A stretch of 64,000 bases of DNA from contig OY969927.1 of NCBI GenBank assembly GCA_963704655.1, positions 128,001 to 192,000 on the forward strand, read 5' to 3'. Of this stretch, positions 1 through 9,761 are shown piece by piece. The stretch is from an uncultured Candidatus Babeliaceae bacterium (lineage in GTDB: Bacteria; Babelota; Babeliae; Babelales; Babelaceae). A model generated the notes under the pieces. That model saw nothing but the letters and a program-made list of their open reading frames with translations, did not search any database and had not been told where the DNA came from. Each line of letters opens with the position of its first letter. The stretch's first letter is position 1. The position numbers and the translations under genes were made by a program.

Positions 1-508
1 GTTTATCAGTGAGCTCTTCATATTCTTTTTGGTGTTTTAACACAGATTGTTTAAACTCAGCATTTTCATGCTCAAGTTTATCAAATTTTCGTTCTATTGG
101 GCTCAGAATGCCAGCTTTTAAAAGTCCATAAATTTTATAGCCAGCAAATAATGAAGCAAGAGCACCCATAGCTGCAGGCAAAGCTTTAAAGATCTCCAGG
201 CCAAAATTTGTTGCCGCAGTAGCAGTAATCGGTTCAAATCGCGTTGGACCCTGTTCTGTGATCTTATAGAGCGCAACTGTCGTTCCCAAACCAGTTGCTC
301 CGCCAATAACCGTTGACGCTCCGCCAAGTAATGCGTACGTAGTATCAGATGGTTGTGAATATATATCGTCAAAGATCTCTTCTATTGTTTCATTAATATC
401 ATTGTGATGTGCACTCAGCAGCGCACGAGAGTCGTCAGCGCCATGCAGAGCGCACGGCGCTGATAGTAACAGTATAGTTCGTACTATAATATCTTTTTTT
501 GGTGTCAT
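1..508 (-). CDS. Secreted/membrane hypothetical protein, runs off the window edge; paralog of 1189..2061
   Basis: Not in ORF track; translated by hand from ATG 508 (ATGA overlap with the stop of 505..1176): MTPKKDIIVRTILLLSAPCALHG...LLGGASTVIGGATGLGTTVALY...AAMGALASLFAGYKIYGLL...ERKFDKLEHENAEFKQ; open to the edge. Confidence 0.75.
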   Translation of the reverse strand, partial: MTPKKDIIVRTILLLSAPCALHGADDSRALLSAHHNDINETIEEIFDDIYSQPSDTTYALLGGASTVIGGATGLGTTVALYKITEQGPTRFEPITATAATNFGLEIFKALPAAMGALASLFAGYKIYGLLKAGILSPIERKFDKLEHENAEFKQSVLKHQKEYEELTDK

Positions 509-1176
509 TGTTTTTGTAAAGCTTTTAACGCACCTTCAAGAGTTTTCTTTGTTGCACGACTTGCTTGTAAGCAGGTGTCAAGCATGCCATGTTGATCTTC
601 TGGTATAATTATTGTACCTTGCGGGCCCGTTAAAGATCCTTTATAGACTTTTAATGCCGCTGATTGTTTTTGAACTGTGTCATTACTGGTAATAAGTTCT
701 TGTAATAATACTCTATGAGCTTCTTGCTCTGCGCTTAATATAGTAATAATTATTTCATCAAGGGCCTTTAATTGGGTAGCAAGTTTTGCTTCTTCTTGGT
801 TTTTTACTACATCACGAACATTTTTGTTATATGCGGTTTCAACAGTGTCTGAGGCAAATCCGAACAATGTTGCTCCAATGATGCCTATAAGCATCGTGTA
901 CTCAGCGGTTAAATCTGGGACATTGCCAAAACCTCGTGTAGGTAAAACTGCTCCAAAATCTAAAACTCTTCGTGCACTGCTGAACCCTAAAGCATAGGGC
1001 AGTCCGCCTGCTATTTTGTTGTGATGTGGTTTTGCAAAAAGTCTTTCTTGAGATATTCTCTGTTTCAATTGGTCTATAGCATGTTTATGGTTTTTTTTCA
1101 GTTCTTTCAATTCAGTATTTTCTGTGGCATATGCAAAACTAAAACTTAGAAAAGTTACTATCAGAAGTTTTTTCAT
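505..1176 (-). CDS. Secreted hypothetical protein with hydrophobic segments and coiled coil
   Basis: Signal peptide MKKLLIVTFLSFSFAYA; hydrophobic MLIGIIGATLFGFA; heptad-like C-terminal half. Confidence 0.75.
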   Translation of the reverse strand: MKKLLIVTFLSFSFAYATENTELKELKKNHKHAIDQLKQRISQERLFAKPHHNKIAGGLPYALGFSSARRVLDFGAVLPTRGFGNVPDLTAEYTMLIGIIGATLFGFASDTVETAYNKNVRDVVKNQEEAKLATQLKALDEIIITILSAEQEAHRVLLQELITSNDTVQKQSAALKVYKGSLTGPQGTIIIPEDQHGMLDTCLQASRATKKTLEGALKALQKQ

Positions 1177-1188
1177 TTTAATCCTTTA

Positions 1189-2061
1189 TTATGAAAACAG
1201 TTTAGCTAAGTTAGTCATACTTTTTTGTGCACGTTTTGGGGCTTTTAGAGCCTCTGCTTGATGTTGAGAAAGTGCCACAATAATTTTTGGAATGGCCGTT
1301 AACTGGTTACCGACAACATCCAAATTATGATCGATTTCAGTTAATTTTTGTTCAAATGTGTTTCTATCTTGCATCGAGGCAAATGATCCGTTTGTAGCTT
1401 TTGGTATTGTTGTAAGTTCTTGTTCAAGGGCGTCTACAACGTTAGCTGTTCTTGCAAGCTCTTTTTTTAGTAATTCGTTGTTTTCTTGGGTGATAACACG
1501 ATAGTCATATAATATTTCTGCTATTTTTGTAGTGAGTTCCAAGCGGATTTTTTTAGGAAGCCCGAGCCTGCTTATGGCATCTTTTATGGTAGGGTTAAGA
1601 ATATCTTCTTCATGTAGCTCTCTATAGAGTTTTAAAGCCCCTACTGTGAGCGCTACAGTTGCAGTTACTGCAGGAAAAAAGGCTGGGTGGTCACTATAAG
1701 GAATTGCAGGTAAGGTACTGAGTTTTTCCATAGCAGCTGGGTAGTAGAATTCTACATACGGGTGCAAAAATTTAGCGATAGATAAGAAAGCCCCTGTTGT
1801 AGTTACGGCATTAAAAGCTCTTCTTCCAGAGGTTAATGTTGCATGCTTTATTTTATAGGTTCTATAATCGGTTTCTGCTAGTAGTTGAGCTGTTTGGTTT
1901 TCTTCAGTTTCATTTTTAACGCCTTGTAAAATTTTTTCAATGGCGACTCCTGTTTCATCAGCTGATTCATTAACTCTGCTAACTTCGGTTCCATAAAGAG
2001 CTATAGAAAATGGGAATGCCAAAAGGGCCGAAAGTAATATGAGAGGAGTTGGTGTACGCAT
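1189..2061 (-). CDS. Secreted hypothetical protein with two hydrophobic segments and coiled coil
   Basis: N-terminal signal peptide; AVTTTGAFLSIAKFL and AFFPAVTATVALTVGALKLY; long heptad-like tail; AAGGAAGG RBS. Confidence 0.75.
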   Translation of the reverse strand: MRTPTPLILLSALLAFPFSIALYGTEVSRVNESADETGVAIEKILQGVKNETEENQTAQLLAETDYRTYKIKHATLTSGRRAFNAVTTTGAFLSIAKFLHPYVEFYYPAAMEKLSTLPAIPYSDHPAFFPAVTATVALTVGALKLYRELHEEDILNPTIKDAISRLGLPKKIRLELTTKIAEILYDYRVITQENNELLKKELARTANVVDALEQELTTIPKATNGSFASMQDRNTFEQKLTEIDHNLDVVGNQLTAIPKIIVALSQHQAEALKAPKRAQKSMTNLAKLFS

Positions 2062-2167
2062 TGGTTCCTTCCTTAATATTCAAAGAGTAGAGAAGTATCA
2101 TTTCTTGTTGTATAATTAAATAGTAGGCGATAAAAAATCAAGACTTTCACACTAATTTATATAAAAT

Positions 2168-2536
2168 ATGCATTCACTCTATCAACAACAAATCATGGAC
2201 CATTACCATTTTCCTCGTCACAAAGGCGTGTTGTCGGGTGCTGGTGTTTTGTCCAGCGCATGCGCTAACCCGTCATGTGGTGACCAGGTTAAGCTCTCTG
2301 TATGCATTAAAGATGGGGTGGTTACTGATGGCAAGTTTGATGGAGTCGGCTGTATCTTGAGTCTTGCAGCAGCTGATATGTTGCTTGGGAAAATTATCGG
2401 TAAATCGCTTGAAGAGATTAAACAGATAAGCGTTGACGATATAAAAAAAATGGTCGGTATAGAAGTTGGGCATACGCGTATTAAATGCATCTTATTGCCC
2501 TTAGACGCTCTTAACGATATCCTGCACCATGCTTGA
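2168..2536 (+). CDS. SufU/IscU (NifU N-terminal) family Fe-S scaffold / sulfur-transfer protein
   Basis: LYQQQIMDHY..P, NPSCGD, GCILS.A.A, RIKC..L. Confidence 0.9.
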   Translation: MHSLYQQQIMDHYHFPRHKGVLSGAGVLSSACANPSCGDQVKLSVCIKDGVVTDGKFDGVGCILSLAAADMLLGKIIGKSLEEIKQISVDDIKKMVGIEVGHTRIKCILLPLDALNDILHHA

Positions 2537-3587
2537 TACCCTGAGCCTTGTTCAACTTATTCAACAGCAGGGGCGCATACATCAATCACGATATAAAGAA
2601 CAAAAAGATACAGCGCGTTCTGTGTGGGAAAAGCTTATTAACAATAACGCATTGCAAGAGCAGCTGATGCAAAAAAAGATTATCGGTTTTGCATTGCCTC
2701 TTAATACCGTTTATAGTTCAGATGTTCAAATTCGAGAATATGCCGTATGCGGCATTGATGGTTCACAAATTTATCCAGACCGGCATGAAGGTTTTTCAGA
2801 ATATTTATTAAATGTTGGAACTGCCCATTTTATGTATAGTTCTGCATCACGTGCAGAGTTAAAAAATAAGCCCTATTTATTTTCAGGTTTTGAGAATGGT
2901 ATTGTTATCACACCAGAGTTTGTAAATGCGCAACGGACAGATTATGAGTTGCTTCATGCTGTGGGCGTTTCACGTCACGAAAGTAATCCCGTTATTATGT
3001 TTGATGGCGCATTAATGTTTTGGCACCTGCAAACGCCGACTATGCAAGAGCGTTTTTTGCAGCATTACTTAGATTATTTAGATATTTTGCATCAAGAAGA
3101 TAAAAAGTATCTTGGGTATATCAGTGCATCACATTCATGCGAGCTTGTTACTCTGTTGCAAGAAGCTGCCAAACTTATGGACGCGCCTGCTGTTTTTGAT
3201 CATCTTGTTGACACTGATATTATTGAATTTTTTCTTAAAAAGGGGCAATTTACCCAGATATTTAGGCCCATTTCTGATTTAAGCGACTTGTATCCTGTGC
3301 CATTACGGCCATGTTTTATGTATTTACATGTCGGTAGTGAAATTGCGCGTATTGAGTTGCCTGAATATCTTGCCAGCAACCAAGAGACAGTAAAATATCT
3401 TGTAGCGTTAACTCTTGACCAAGTGGAAAAGGGGCACGGCTACCCGGTGGCACTTTCTGAAGCGCACGAACAAGCAGTTGTTAAAGCAGCGGACCGTGAA
3501 TTTTTTTATACGATGCTGCAGATGCACCATCAACAAAAAGAGACGCTTTCTTTAAAGCTTTCTAAAAAGCGTTCTGCTGCCGTTTGA
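2529..3587 (+). CDS. NurA-domain nuclease
   Basis: GIDGSQIYPDRH, FDGAL, GYIS, ARIELP, GYPVALSEAHEQAVV motifs. Confidence 0.8.
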   Translation: MLDTLSLVQLIQQQGRIHQSRYKEQKDTARSVWEKLINNNALQEQLMQKKIIGFALPLNTVYSSDVQIREYAVCGIDGSQIYPDRHEGFSEYLLNVGTAHFMYSSASRAELKNKPYLFSGFENGIVITPEFVNAQRTDYELLHAVGVSRHESNPVIMFDGALMFWHLQTPTMQERFLQHYLDYLDILHQEDKKYLGYISASHSCELVTLLQEAAKLMDAPAVFDHLVDTDIIEFFLKKGQFTQIFRPISDLSDLYPVPLRPCFMYLHVGSEIARIELPEYLASNQETVKYLVALTLDQVEKGHGYPVALSEAHEQAVVKAADREFFYTMLQMHHQQKETLSLKLSKKRSAAV

Positions 3588-3604
3588 CCATGTTTAGCGG
3601 ATGG

Positions 3605-4816
3605 TTAATTATTTGGCTGTGGTGCAACGAAAGGTAGCGGTTGAATGAGTGGCATTGAGGTCAATTGATTTTTTAAGCTTCGAGCTCTATTTAAAATCCA
3701 CTGTTCTTGGGGTAGACATGGGGTGAGCGCTTGAATAATATCATTACAGATTCTAACAGCATTATATTTCTCAACAGGGTCCGTCATGTGTGCTTTAATA
3801 TCGGCTAGTCTAAGGAATGTGGCATTTAAAACATAGCGACTTACATTTTCTGGGTTTTGTACATTTTCTTCAAGTATACGTGTATAGAGCGCTAGTGCTA
3901 TATTCAGATTTGCCCCAAAATTATAATTATTGTTGATGCGATAAAGTTCACTTAACATAAAGCGGTAATAATTTCGCAAATCAGGAGTGATTTCTGGTTG
4001 GTTATTGATATAGTGTTGTAAAATTTGTATGAATACATCTCTATTTTGATTCATAAGTACCAATGCGTCATGGACGATCAACCCTTGTTCGGGTGGGCAA
4101 ATTCTAAGCTCTTCAATAATTGCCCAGCAGAGGTGAAGAGCTGCCGCAGGGTTATCTGTTCTTATTGAAATAGCCAAAAAAAGACGCGAGGCATTTAATG
4201 TAATAGATCTGACGCTTTGTGGATTATTTTTACCTTCTGTGATGATAGTTCCATATAAATTATTCATGTAAGTATTTTCTTCTGGCGTGCGTGTTGGTAA
4301 GGTGCGTAGCATTTCTGCAATTCTAAAACGCTCTTCATTGCGATCTAAAGGTGATATGATAATTGCCGGGTCATTGAGAAGGTGATTATATGCGCGCATT
4401 AAAATGCGAGGATTTATTATAATACCGGTTGTAATATCAGGTATTGAGTTACTATATTTGTCTATCATTGCTGTAAATTGGTAAGATCTTTGTACAGCAA
4501 TTTCTGGTGTTGTCGCACTGTTAAAATAAGCAGAAAATAGTTCTTTAGCTCTTGTTTGATCCGCTAGGCGCTGTTCGTTTTGTGGAGCAGTTAAAGATCT
4601 TTCAAATAAAAGATCTGACAACGTGTATTGATACTGTGCTAATTCTTCTTGGCTTAGAAATTCAGGGTTGTTTTGCGCCTCAGTCATGAGTACTTCAAGA
4701 TCTGCGATATAGGCGTTCTTTTCTTCCTGAGTAAGCTGTTGCTCCGGGGCTTGCTGTGCATGAATACCTGCGCAGATGAAAACAGCAATTAAAAATAAAT
4801 ATTTTTTATACATCAT
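3605..4816 (-). CDS. Secreted helical-repeat (TPR-like) protein with internal duplication
   Basis: Signal peptide; repeated units ISPLDRNEERFRIAEMLR / ITPDLRNYYRFMLSELYR and VRSITLNASRLFLA / VSRYVLNATFLRLA. Confidence 0.7.
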   Translation of the reverse strand: MMYKKYLFLIAVFICAGIHAQQAPEQQLTQEEKNAYIADLEVLMTEAQNNPEFLSQEELAQYQYTLSDLLFERSLTAPQNEQRLADQTRAKELFSAYFNSATTPEIAVQRSYQFTAMIDKYSNSIPDITTGIIINPRILMRAYNHLLNDPAIIISPLDRNEERFRIAEMLRTLPTRTPEENTYMNNLYGTIITEGKNNPQSVRSITLNASRLFLAISIRTDNPAAALHLCWAIIEELRICPPEQGLIVHDALVLMNQNRDVFIQILQHYINNQPEITPDLRNYYRFMLSELYRINNNYNFGANLNIALALYTRILEENVQNPENVSRYVLNATFLRLADIKAHMTDPVEKYNAVRICNDIIQALTPCLPQEQWILNRARSLKNQLTSMPLIQPLPFVAPQPNN

Positions 4817-4827
4817 TATTAAAGCCT

Positions 4828-5934
4828 TTATTGTGGTGCCTGTCTTTTGCGTTGTTGTTCTAATTGCCCTTTATAGTGCGTGAACCATTCATTTAAGCTG
4901 TTTAATAAATTTTGAGCGGGCGTAAGAAGACTCTGGCTTTCTGCAGGCAGCTTTTGCTCATCTTGAATGATCATGTTTGCAAGTTGCCAGGCTTGATTTT
5001 TTGCTTGTGGGACAGGCTCTTGAGCAAGTTGGGATGCATTATCAAATATGTTTCTTCGCAATTGACGCGTATAACCAAGGAGATTTTGTCTCTGAGCTTC
5101 ATTTTCAATTTGTTGAGCATCTCTGATAATAGTGTTGGTAAGATCGAGAATTGTACCAATTCTTCCTGATCGAATAAGTTCGTTAGCCAGTCTAAACCGT
5201 GCCCAGTTTAATATCTCTGGAGAAACATCTGCTTGGGGCGCATTGGTCACTGTTTGATAATAATTCAATGCGTAAGCAAGTGAACCGCGGCTTGGATGGC
5301 CCATCCGGTTTATTTCACCAAGATAAAATCGATATTTATTTTTTTCACGTGGGGTTAATTCAGAAGACTTAATCAATTCTAATAATATGGGTTTAAAGTC
5401 CATACGCTCTTCTAATGTAGGTGTTTCAAGAACAAGCTGTGCAATATCCTTATATCTTTTGAGTTGAGGTCTTAAGGGTGAAGTTTCTTTAAAAAACTCT
5501 TGTGAAACTTCCTCGGCGCGCTTTTTATTTCTTTCTTTTAAAGTTGGGTCTTCGGGTTGGCCAAGAACATTATTTTGCTGCAATAAACCATTTATTAATA
5601 AATATTGTGCATCACCAAGATCATCAGGCTTAACAAATTCTCTATTGGTCTTGGCGCTTGCAAGAATTTCTTCGAGTTGTGGAATTACTGGTACCGGTGT
5701 TTGGTACTGAAAATCTATATCCCTTTTGATTGTGTTCATTAAATGGGAATTTTCTATTTGCTGCAACAGTATACGTGTTTTTCGCTCAAGATCCTGAGTT
5801 TTAGCACGACTTTCAATATTGGTAAGATTAGCAAGTCGTTCTTCGGCAAGTCTTGTTAATTCAGCGGCATACACTTGTGCATATGTTAAAGAGTAGAGAA
5901 TGCTGGTTATAAGAAATAGCAGGTTTTTATTCAT
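4828..5934 (-). CDS. Secreted helical-repeat protein, paralog of 3605..4816
   Basis: Signal peptide; LTPREKNKYRFYLGEINR and VSPEILNWARFRLA match the neighbour's repeat units. Confidence 0.7.
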   Translation of the reverse strand: MNKNLLFLITSILYSLTYAQVYAAELTRLAEERLANLTNIESRAKTQDLERKTRILLQQIENSHLMNTIKRDIDFQYQTPVPVIPQLEEILASAKTNREFVKPDDLGDAQYLLINGLLQQNNVLGQPEDPTLKERNKKRAEEVSQEFFKETSPLRPQLKRYKDIAQLVLETPTLEERMDFKPILLELIKSSELTPREKNKYRFYLGEINRMGHPSRGSLAYALNYYQTVTNAPQADVSPEILNWARFRLANELIRSGRIGTILDLTNTIIRDAQQIENEAQRQNLLGYTRQLRRNIFDNASQLAQEPVPQAKNQAWQLANMIIQDEQKLPAESQSLLTPAQNLLNSLNEWFTHYKGQLEQQRKRQAPQ

Positions 5935-6038
5935 ATTTAAAGCCCTTTGTATTATTTTTAAGTATTTACTTTAATTATAGCGCTTAAAGTATTTTAAAAG
6001 CAATGCTTTTGGGGCAGTATTCGCCTTTTAGCGGGGTT

Positions 6039-6635
6039 TTAAGCTCGTAGTGGAGATTTTTGGGGAAGTAGCAGGCTATGAATGCTTTGCATGTCGCTAT
6101 GAAAGGTCCCTGGGTGTGAATAATAGCGCCCTATAAAAAAACCGATCCCGGTAGCTAAAATTGCTGCGTAGCCTGTATAGAGTAGATTTTTATAGTGGGA
6201 ATCTCGTTGTGTGGACTCAAGTTTATGGCGAAAGTTTTGTTGGGACGCTTCAAGTTTTGAGACGTTTATTTTAAGTTGGTGCATTGCCCGGCCTATTCTT
6301 TCCTGAGGGCTGCCTTCAGAAGATACTGCTTGCATAGGTGCGATATTGATTCTGGACGTTCTAGCAAGAGCATCTTTTAATTTTTTTGACTCTTTTAAAA
6401 TTGATTTGCCCTGTTTTGTGTTAGAGGCCACAAAATAGCGCTGGGCGCCGGGGTGAAACCCCGTAACTTCAATAAAAACAAGATCCCGAGGGTCTGCGTC
6501 AGCAGGCATTACAAAAGTTATATACTCTTCATCTTGAGCATAAAGTTTTAAAAAAAGTATGAGAAAAAATATGGTGAGCTGCTTAACCCAAGGGATTACG
6601 AGCTCACCATACGTGTTATTTTTTTGAACAGACAT
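6039..6635 (-). CDS. Hypothetical membrane protein
   Basis: Starts right after the dnaJ stop; N-terminal hydrophobic stretch and C-terminal TM segment YAAILATGIGFFIG. Confidence 0.6.
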   Translation of the reverse strand: MSVQKNNTYGELVIPWVKQLTIFFLILFLKLYAQDEEYITFVMPADADPRDLVFIEVTGFHPGAQRYFVASNTKQGKSILKESKKLKDALARTSRINIAPMQAVSSEGSPQERIGRAMHQLKINVSKLEASQQNFRHKLESTQRDSHYKNLLYTGYAAILATGIGFFIGRYYSHPGTFHSDMQSIHSLLLPQKSPLRA

Positions 6636-7781
6636 TTATCTTAAAAATTTTTTGAAAAAAGCGGTTATCGAACCCTGCGCGCCATTGGTTTTGGTGCCAA
6701 TAAGTTCAGAGTATTTCTCTAAAGACTCTTGCGCATCAGAAGGCAACTTTTTAGGGATATCACATTGCGTGGTGATAACTAAATTGCCGCGACCTTTGCC
6801 ACGAATTTTAGGAAACCCTTTACCAGCAATAATAATACGTTCGCCAATTGGGCAGCCACGTGGAACCTTGATCGTCTCTTTTTCGCCATCTAAGGTCTCA
6901 ATATCCATTTGGCAGCCAAAAACAAGCTGTGGATAAGTAAGGGTAATAGCAGATTCAAGGTCATCATCAACGCGTTTGAACTGTTTATGAGGCATAACAG
7001 CTATTTTTAAAAACAAGTCGCCATACTCGCCGCCAAAGATACCAGCATCACCTTTGCCAGCAATGCGCAATTCTGCGCCGTCATAAATCCCTGCTGGGAT
7101 ATTAACGCTCACGGTGTCATATTTTTGAATACGTGATTGGCCTTTACATGCTTTGCATGGTGAAGGTATCGTGTATCCAAGCCCCTGACAATTTGAACAG
7201 GGCTGTGAGTAAGCAAACATACCTTGTCTAAAGGTTGTTTGGCCGCTTCCGTCACATTCTTTACATGCGTGCGCAGTTGTGCCTTTTTCAGCAGCTTTGC
7301 CGTCACAGGTGGTACAAACCACGAAATGGTAGTAAGTAATATCTTTTTTAACCCCTTTGAATGATTCTTCAAAGGTAAGGGTGACTTCTTTTGCTAAATC
7401 ATGACCACGTTTAGGTGTAGGTCCAGATTTTTTACGTCTTTTTTGTTGCGCCCCGCCGCCAAAGATATCGCCAAACATATCAAAGATGTTTTCCATATTA
7501 ACATCTTGGCCCTGGCCAAATCCATTAAAACCACCAAAGCCTTGCCCGCCGCCCATATCAGCGCCAGCGTGGCCAAATTGGTCGTACTGTTTTCGTTTGG
7601 TAGCATCTGAAAGGACTTCATAAGCACCCGAGACTTCTTTAAAGCTTTCTTCGGCCGCTTTGTTGCCGGGGTTACGATCTGGGTGATATTTTAAGGCAAG
7701 CTTGCGGTATGCAGCTTTGATATCTTCTTGTGATGCTGAACGTTGAACACCAAGTATTTCGTAAAAATCTTTTTGAGCCAT
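6636..7781 (-). CDS. dnaJ: Chaperone DnaJ
   Basis: J domain with HPD, G/F-rich linker, four CxxCxG zinc-finger repeats, C-terminal domain. Confidence 0.97.
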   Translation of the reverse strand: MAQKDFYEILGVQRSASQEDIKAAYRKLALKYHPDRNPGNKAAEESFKEVSGAYEVLSDATKRKQYDQFGHAGADMGGGQGFGGFNGFGQGQDVNMENIFDMFGDIFGGGAQQKRRKKSGPTPKRGHDLAKEVTLTFEESFKGVKKDITYYHFVVCTTCDGKAAEKGTTAHACKECDGSGQTTFRQGMFAYSQPCSNCQGLGYTIPSPCKACKGQSRIQKYDTVSVNIPAGIYDGAELRIAGKGDAGIFGGEYGDLFLKIAVMPHKQFKRVDDDLESAITLTYPQLVFGCQMDIETLDGEKETIKVPRGCPIGERIIIAGKGFPKIRGKGRGNLVITTQCDIPKKLPSDAQESLEKYSELIGTKTNGAQGSITAFFKKFLR

Positions 7782-7838
7782 AATTATATTTTTTTATTTT
7801 AATGAGCTTGAAAAAACACCATCTTGCGGTGCCCCGTT

Positions 7839-7909
7839 GTGTCATCCCGGACTTGATCCGGGATCTTATCCGTTTACAAAGAGACCCTGAAACGAGCTCA
7901 GGGTGACAC
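7839..7909. repeat. REP-like palindromic repeat, family C (inverted pair)
   Basis: GTGTCATCCCGGACTTGATCCGGGATCT ... AGACCCTGAAACGAGCTCAGGGTGACAC; related half at 51684-51712. Confidence 0.7.
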
Positions 7910-7933
7910 GGGATAATATCTCTATAATTCTAA

Positions 7934-7959
7934 CGCTTTTTGGAATTTTGAGCAATCGG
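7934..7959. repeat. Direct-repeat copy of the epimerase gene 3' end (pairs with 8784-8809)
   Basis: cgctttttggaattttgagcaatcgg vs cgctttttgaaattttgagcaatcgg, 25/26 identical. Confidence 0.85.
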
Positions 7960-8155
7960 TGCACGAACAGGAAAATTTATCACTTTTCGATATTATATAA
8001 AAATAGCAATTTGCAGTATCAGAAGCCCATAATGAGGCGAAAAGTTAGGTAAAATCCCTATAAAGTAGATAAAACTCTTGATTTTACCCCCCCCCCATGA
8101 TAAATTCATAATAGTAATATAATTAATATAATTAAATCTAAAAAAAGGAGATACT

Positions 8156-8725
8156 ATGAAAAATCGAATAATTATTTTACTATCGTTTACTTTCTTATCA
8201 TCAGCGATGGCGCTTACACAGGTTGATTTTAAAAAACTTGATGAGATTGTCAAAGAATCTGTAGCAAATCCATCTAAGAATCAAAGAAAATATAATAATC
8301 TTTGGGAGGATGGTGTTCTTACGGTAAAGGGTCTAAATTATGATGCTTTAGTGCAGTTAATTCAGGCCAATGCCGATACTCGTACTCCGAGGAGTGATTT
8401 GAAGGCTTTACGTTCTATGATTGAAGGGCAATGTAATTCATTAGGATTTACAGGCAGACTAATAAAAACATATATAAAAGGTGATAATAAGAAACAACAA
8501 ATCTGCTATATGTGCCGCAACTATTGGGAAAATGCAGCTAAGTACGATACAGAATTAAGGCTTGCAACCTTTTCTTTTAAAAATCCGAATTCATCAATTA
8601 TTCATCCTAAGGCTTACGAATATGTTTGTGGTAGTTTACCTCTGGCAAGCGAAGCTGTTAATGATGAGTCTGAGCGCGAACTTACAGCTCAGGAACAAGC
8701 TGATTTAGCACAAATCACCGCTTAA
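8156..8725 (+). CDS. Secreted orphan protein
   Basis: AAGGAG RBS; signal peptide MKNRIIILLSFTFLSSAMA; terminator follows. Confidence 0.8.
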   Translation: MKNRIIILLSFTFLSSAMALTQVDFKKLDEIVKESVANPSKNQRKYNNLWEDGVLTVKGLNYDALVQLIQANADTRTPRSDLKALRSMIEGQCNSLGFTGRLIKTYIKGDNKKQQICYMCRNYWENAAKYDTELRLATFSFKNPNSSIIHPKAYEYVCGSLPLASEAVNDESERELTAQEQADLAQITA

Positions 8726-8742
8726 AATTAAGAAACATAAAC

Positions 8743-8773
8743 AAAAAAAGGCCCCGAAATTTCGGGGCCTTTT
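8743..8773. terminator. Bidirectional intrinsic terminator
   Basis: AAAAAAAGGCCCCGAAATTTCGGGGCCTTTT between convergent genes. Confidence 0.85.
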
Positions 8774-8774
8774 G

Positions 8775-9668
8775 CTATAAAAGCGCTTTTTGAAATTTTG
8801 AGCAATCGGCCTGCGAATGCTTAATGTCACCAGGGCGATCTGGCAGGTAAGATACTGGTTGTTGATATTCTGGATGCTGCTGCAAAAGTTCTTCAAGTTT
8901 AGATTGCAGGGTGATGCTCGTGCCCGTTGCGATATTAAATGGCTGGCCGTCAGCATAACGTGCATTAAGCATGCCAGCTTTTAATGTTGCTTTGACAACG
9001 TCATTAACATGAATAAAATCCCGTGTTTGTTGGCCATCACCAAATATCGTTATAGGCTCATTATTAACTATTTTATGGTTCAATACTGCTACAACGCCAC
9101 CATTGCCTGCGGCATGGTTTTGGCGCGGGCCGTAGACATTGAAATAACGTAAACAAACGGTTTCAAGTTCATAGCAGTTTGCGTATAGTTGGCAGAGTTC
9201 TTCGCCAAGTTTTTTTGAATATCCGTAGGTCGAGACGGGGTTAGTTTGAGTTTCTTCTGTGCAAAGGCCCTCATGGTTACCGTAAACGGCCGCGGAAGAG
9301 GCAAAAATTACCCGCTGGCAACCGTTTAGCCTGGCTGCTTCAAGAATATGCGCCGAACCTTGAACATTCGTTTCTAGGCAAAAATGGGGGTTGTTTTGGC
9401 TTGCCGCCACAGAAACTACTGCCGCAAGATGAAAAACGGTCTCTATTTCTTGGCAGGCCTGTACCGCAGTATGAATATCGGTAACAGAGCCGTGTATGAA
9501 TTCGATATCAGCTTTTATGGCATCAAGGTTTGCATATGAACCGGTTTCCATATTGTCTAAAACGCGGACATATGCGCCAAGAGCAACTAATTTTTCACAC
9601 AGGTGCGAGCCTATAAACCCTGCGCCTCCGGTTACTAATACCATTCTTTTTTTATAAAAGTTTTCCAT
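8775..9668 (-). CDS. NAD-dependent epimerase/dehydratase (UDP-glucose 4-epimerase-like extended SDR)
   Basis: GGAGFIGSH, SSAAVYG, YGYSK (YxxxK), LRYFNVYGP, GDG.QTRDF; start taken at ATG 9668. Confidence 0.9.
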   Translation of the reverse strand: MENFYKKRMVLVTGGAGFIGSHLCEKLVALGAYVRVLDNMETGSYANLDAIKADIEFIHGSVTDIHTAVQACQEIETVFHLAAVVSVAASQNNPHFCLETNVQGSAHILEAARLNGCQRVIFASSAAVYGNHEGLCTEETQTNPVSTYGYSKKLGEELCQLYANCYELETVCLRYFNVYGPRQNHAAGNGGVVAVLNHKIVNNEPITIFGDGQQTRDFIHVNDVVKATLKAGMLNARYADGQPFNIATGTSITLQSKLEELLQQHPEYQQPVSYLPDRPGDIKHSQADCSKFQKALL

Positions 9669-9761
9669 TTTTCTACCCGCTTTATTAATACTCTTCTGCA
9701 CAGTAGATATAGAATTAATTATTCAAAAAGTCGAGCCTGCTTAGATATATGTGTGATGTGT

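Noticed and set aside
118-372. 84-aa ORF from the track
   Set aside because: Alternate frame of the longer ORF starting at 508, which has a signal peptide and a paralog
6007-6070. 13-bp imperfect repeat ttttgggg(c/a)agta near the end of 6039..6635
   Set aside because: Could be another 3'-end duplication (LPQK in both copies) but too short and low-complexity to support
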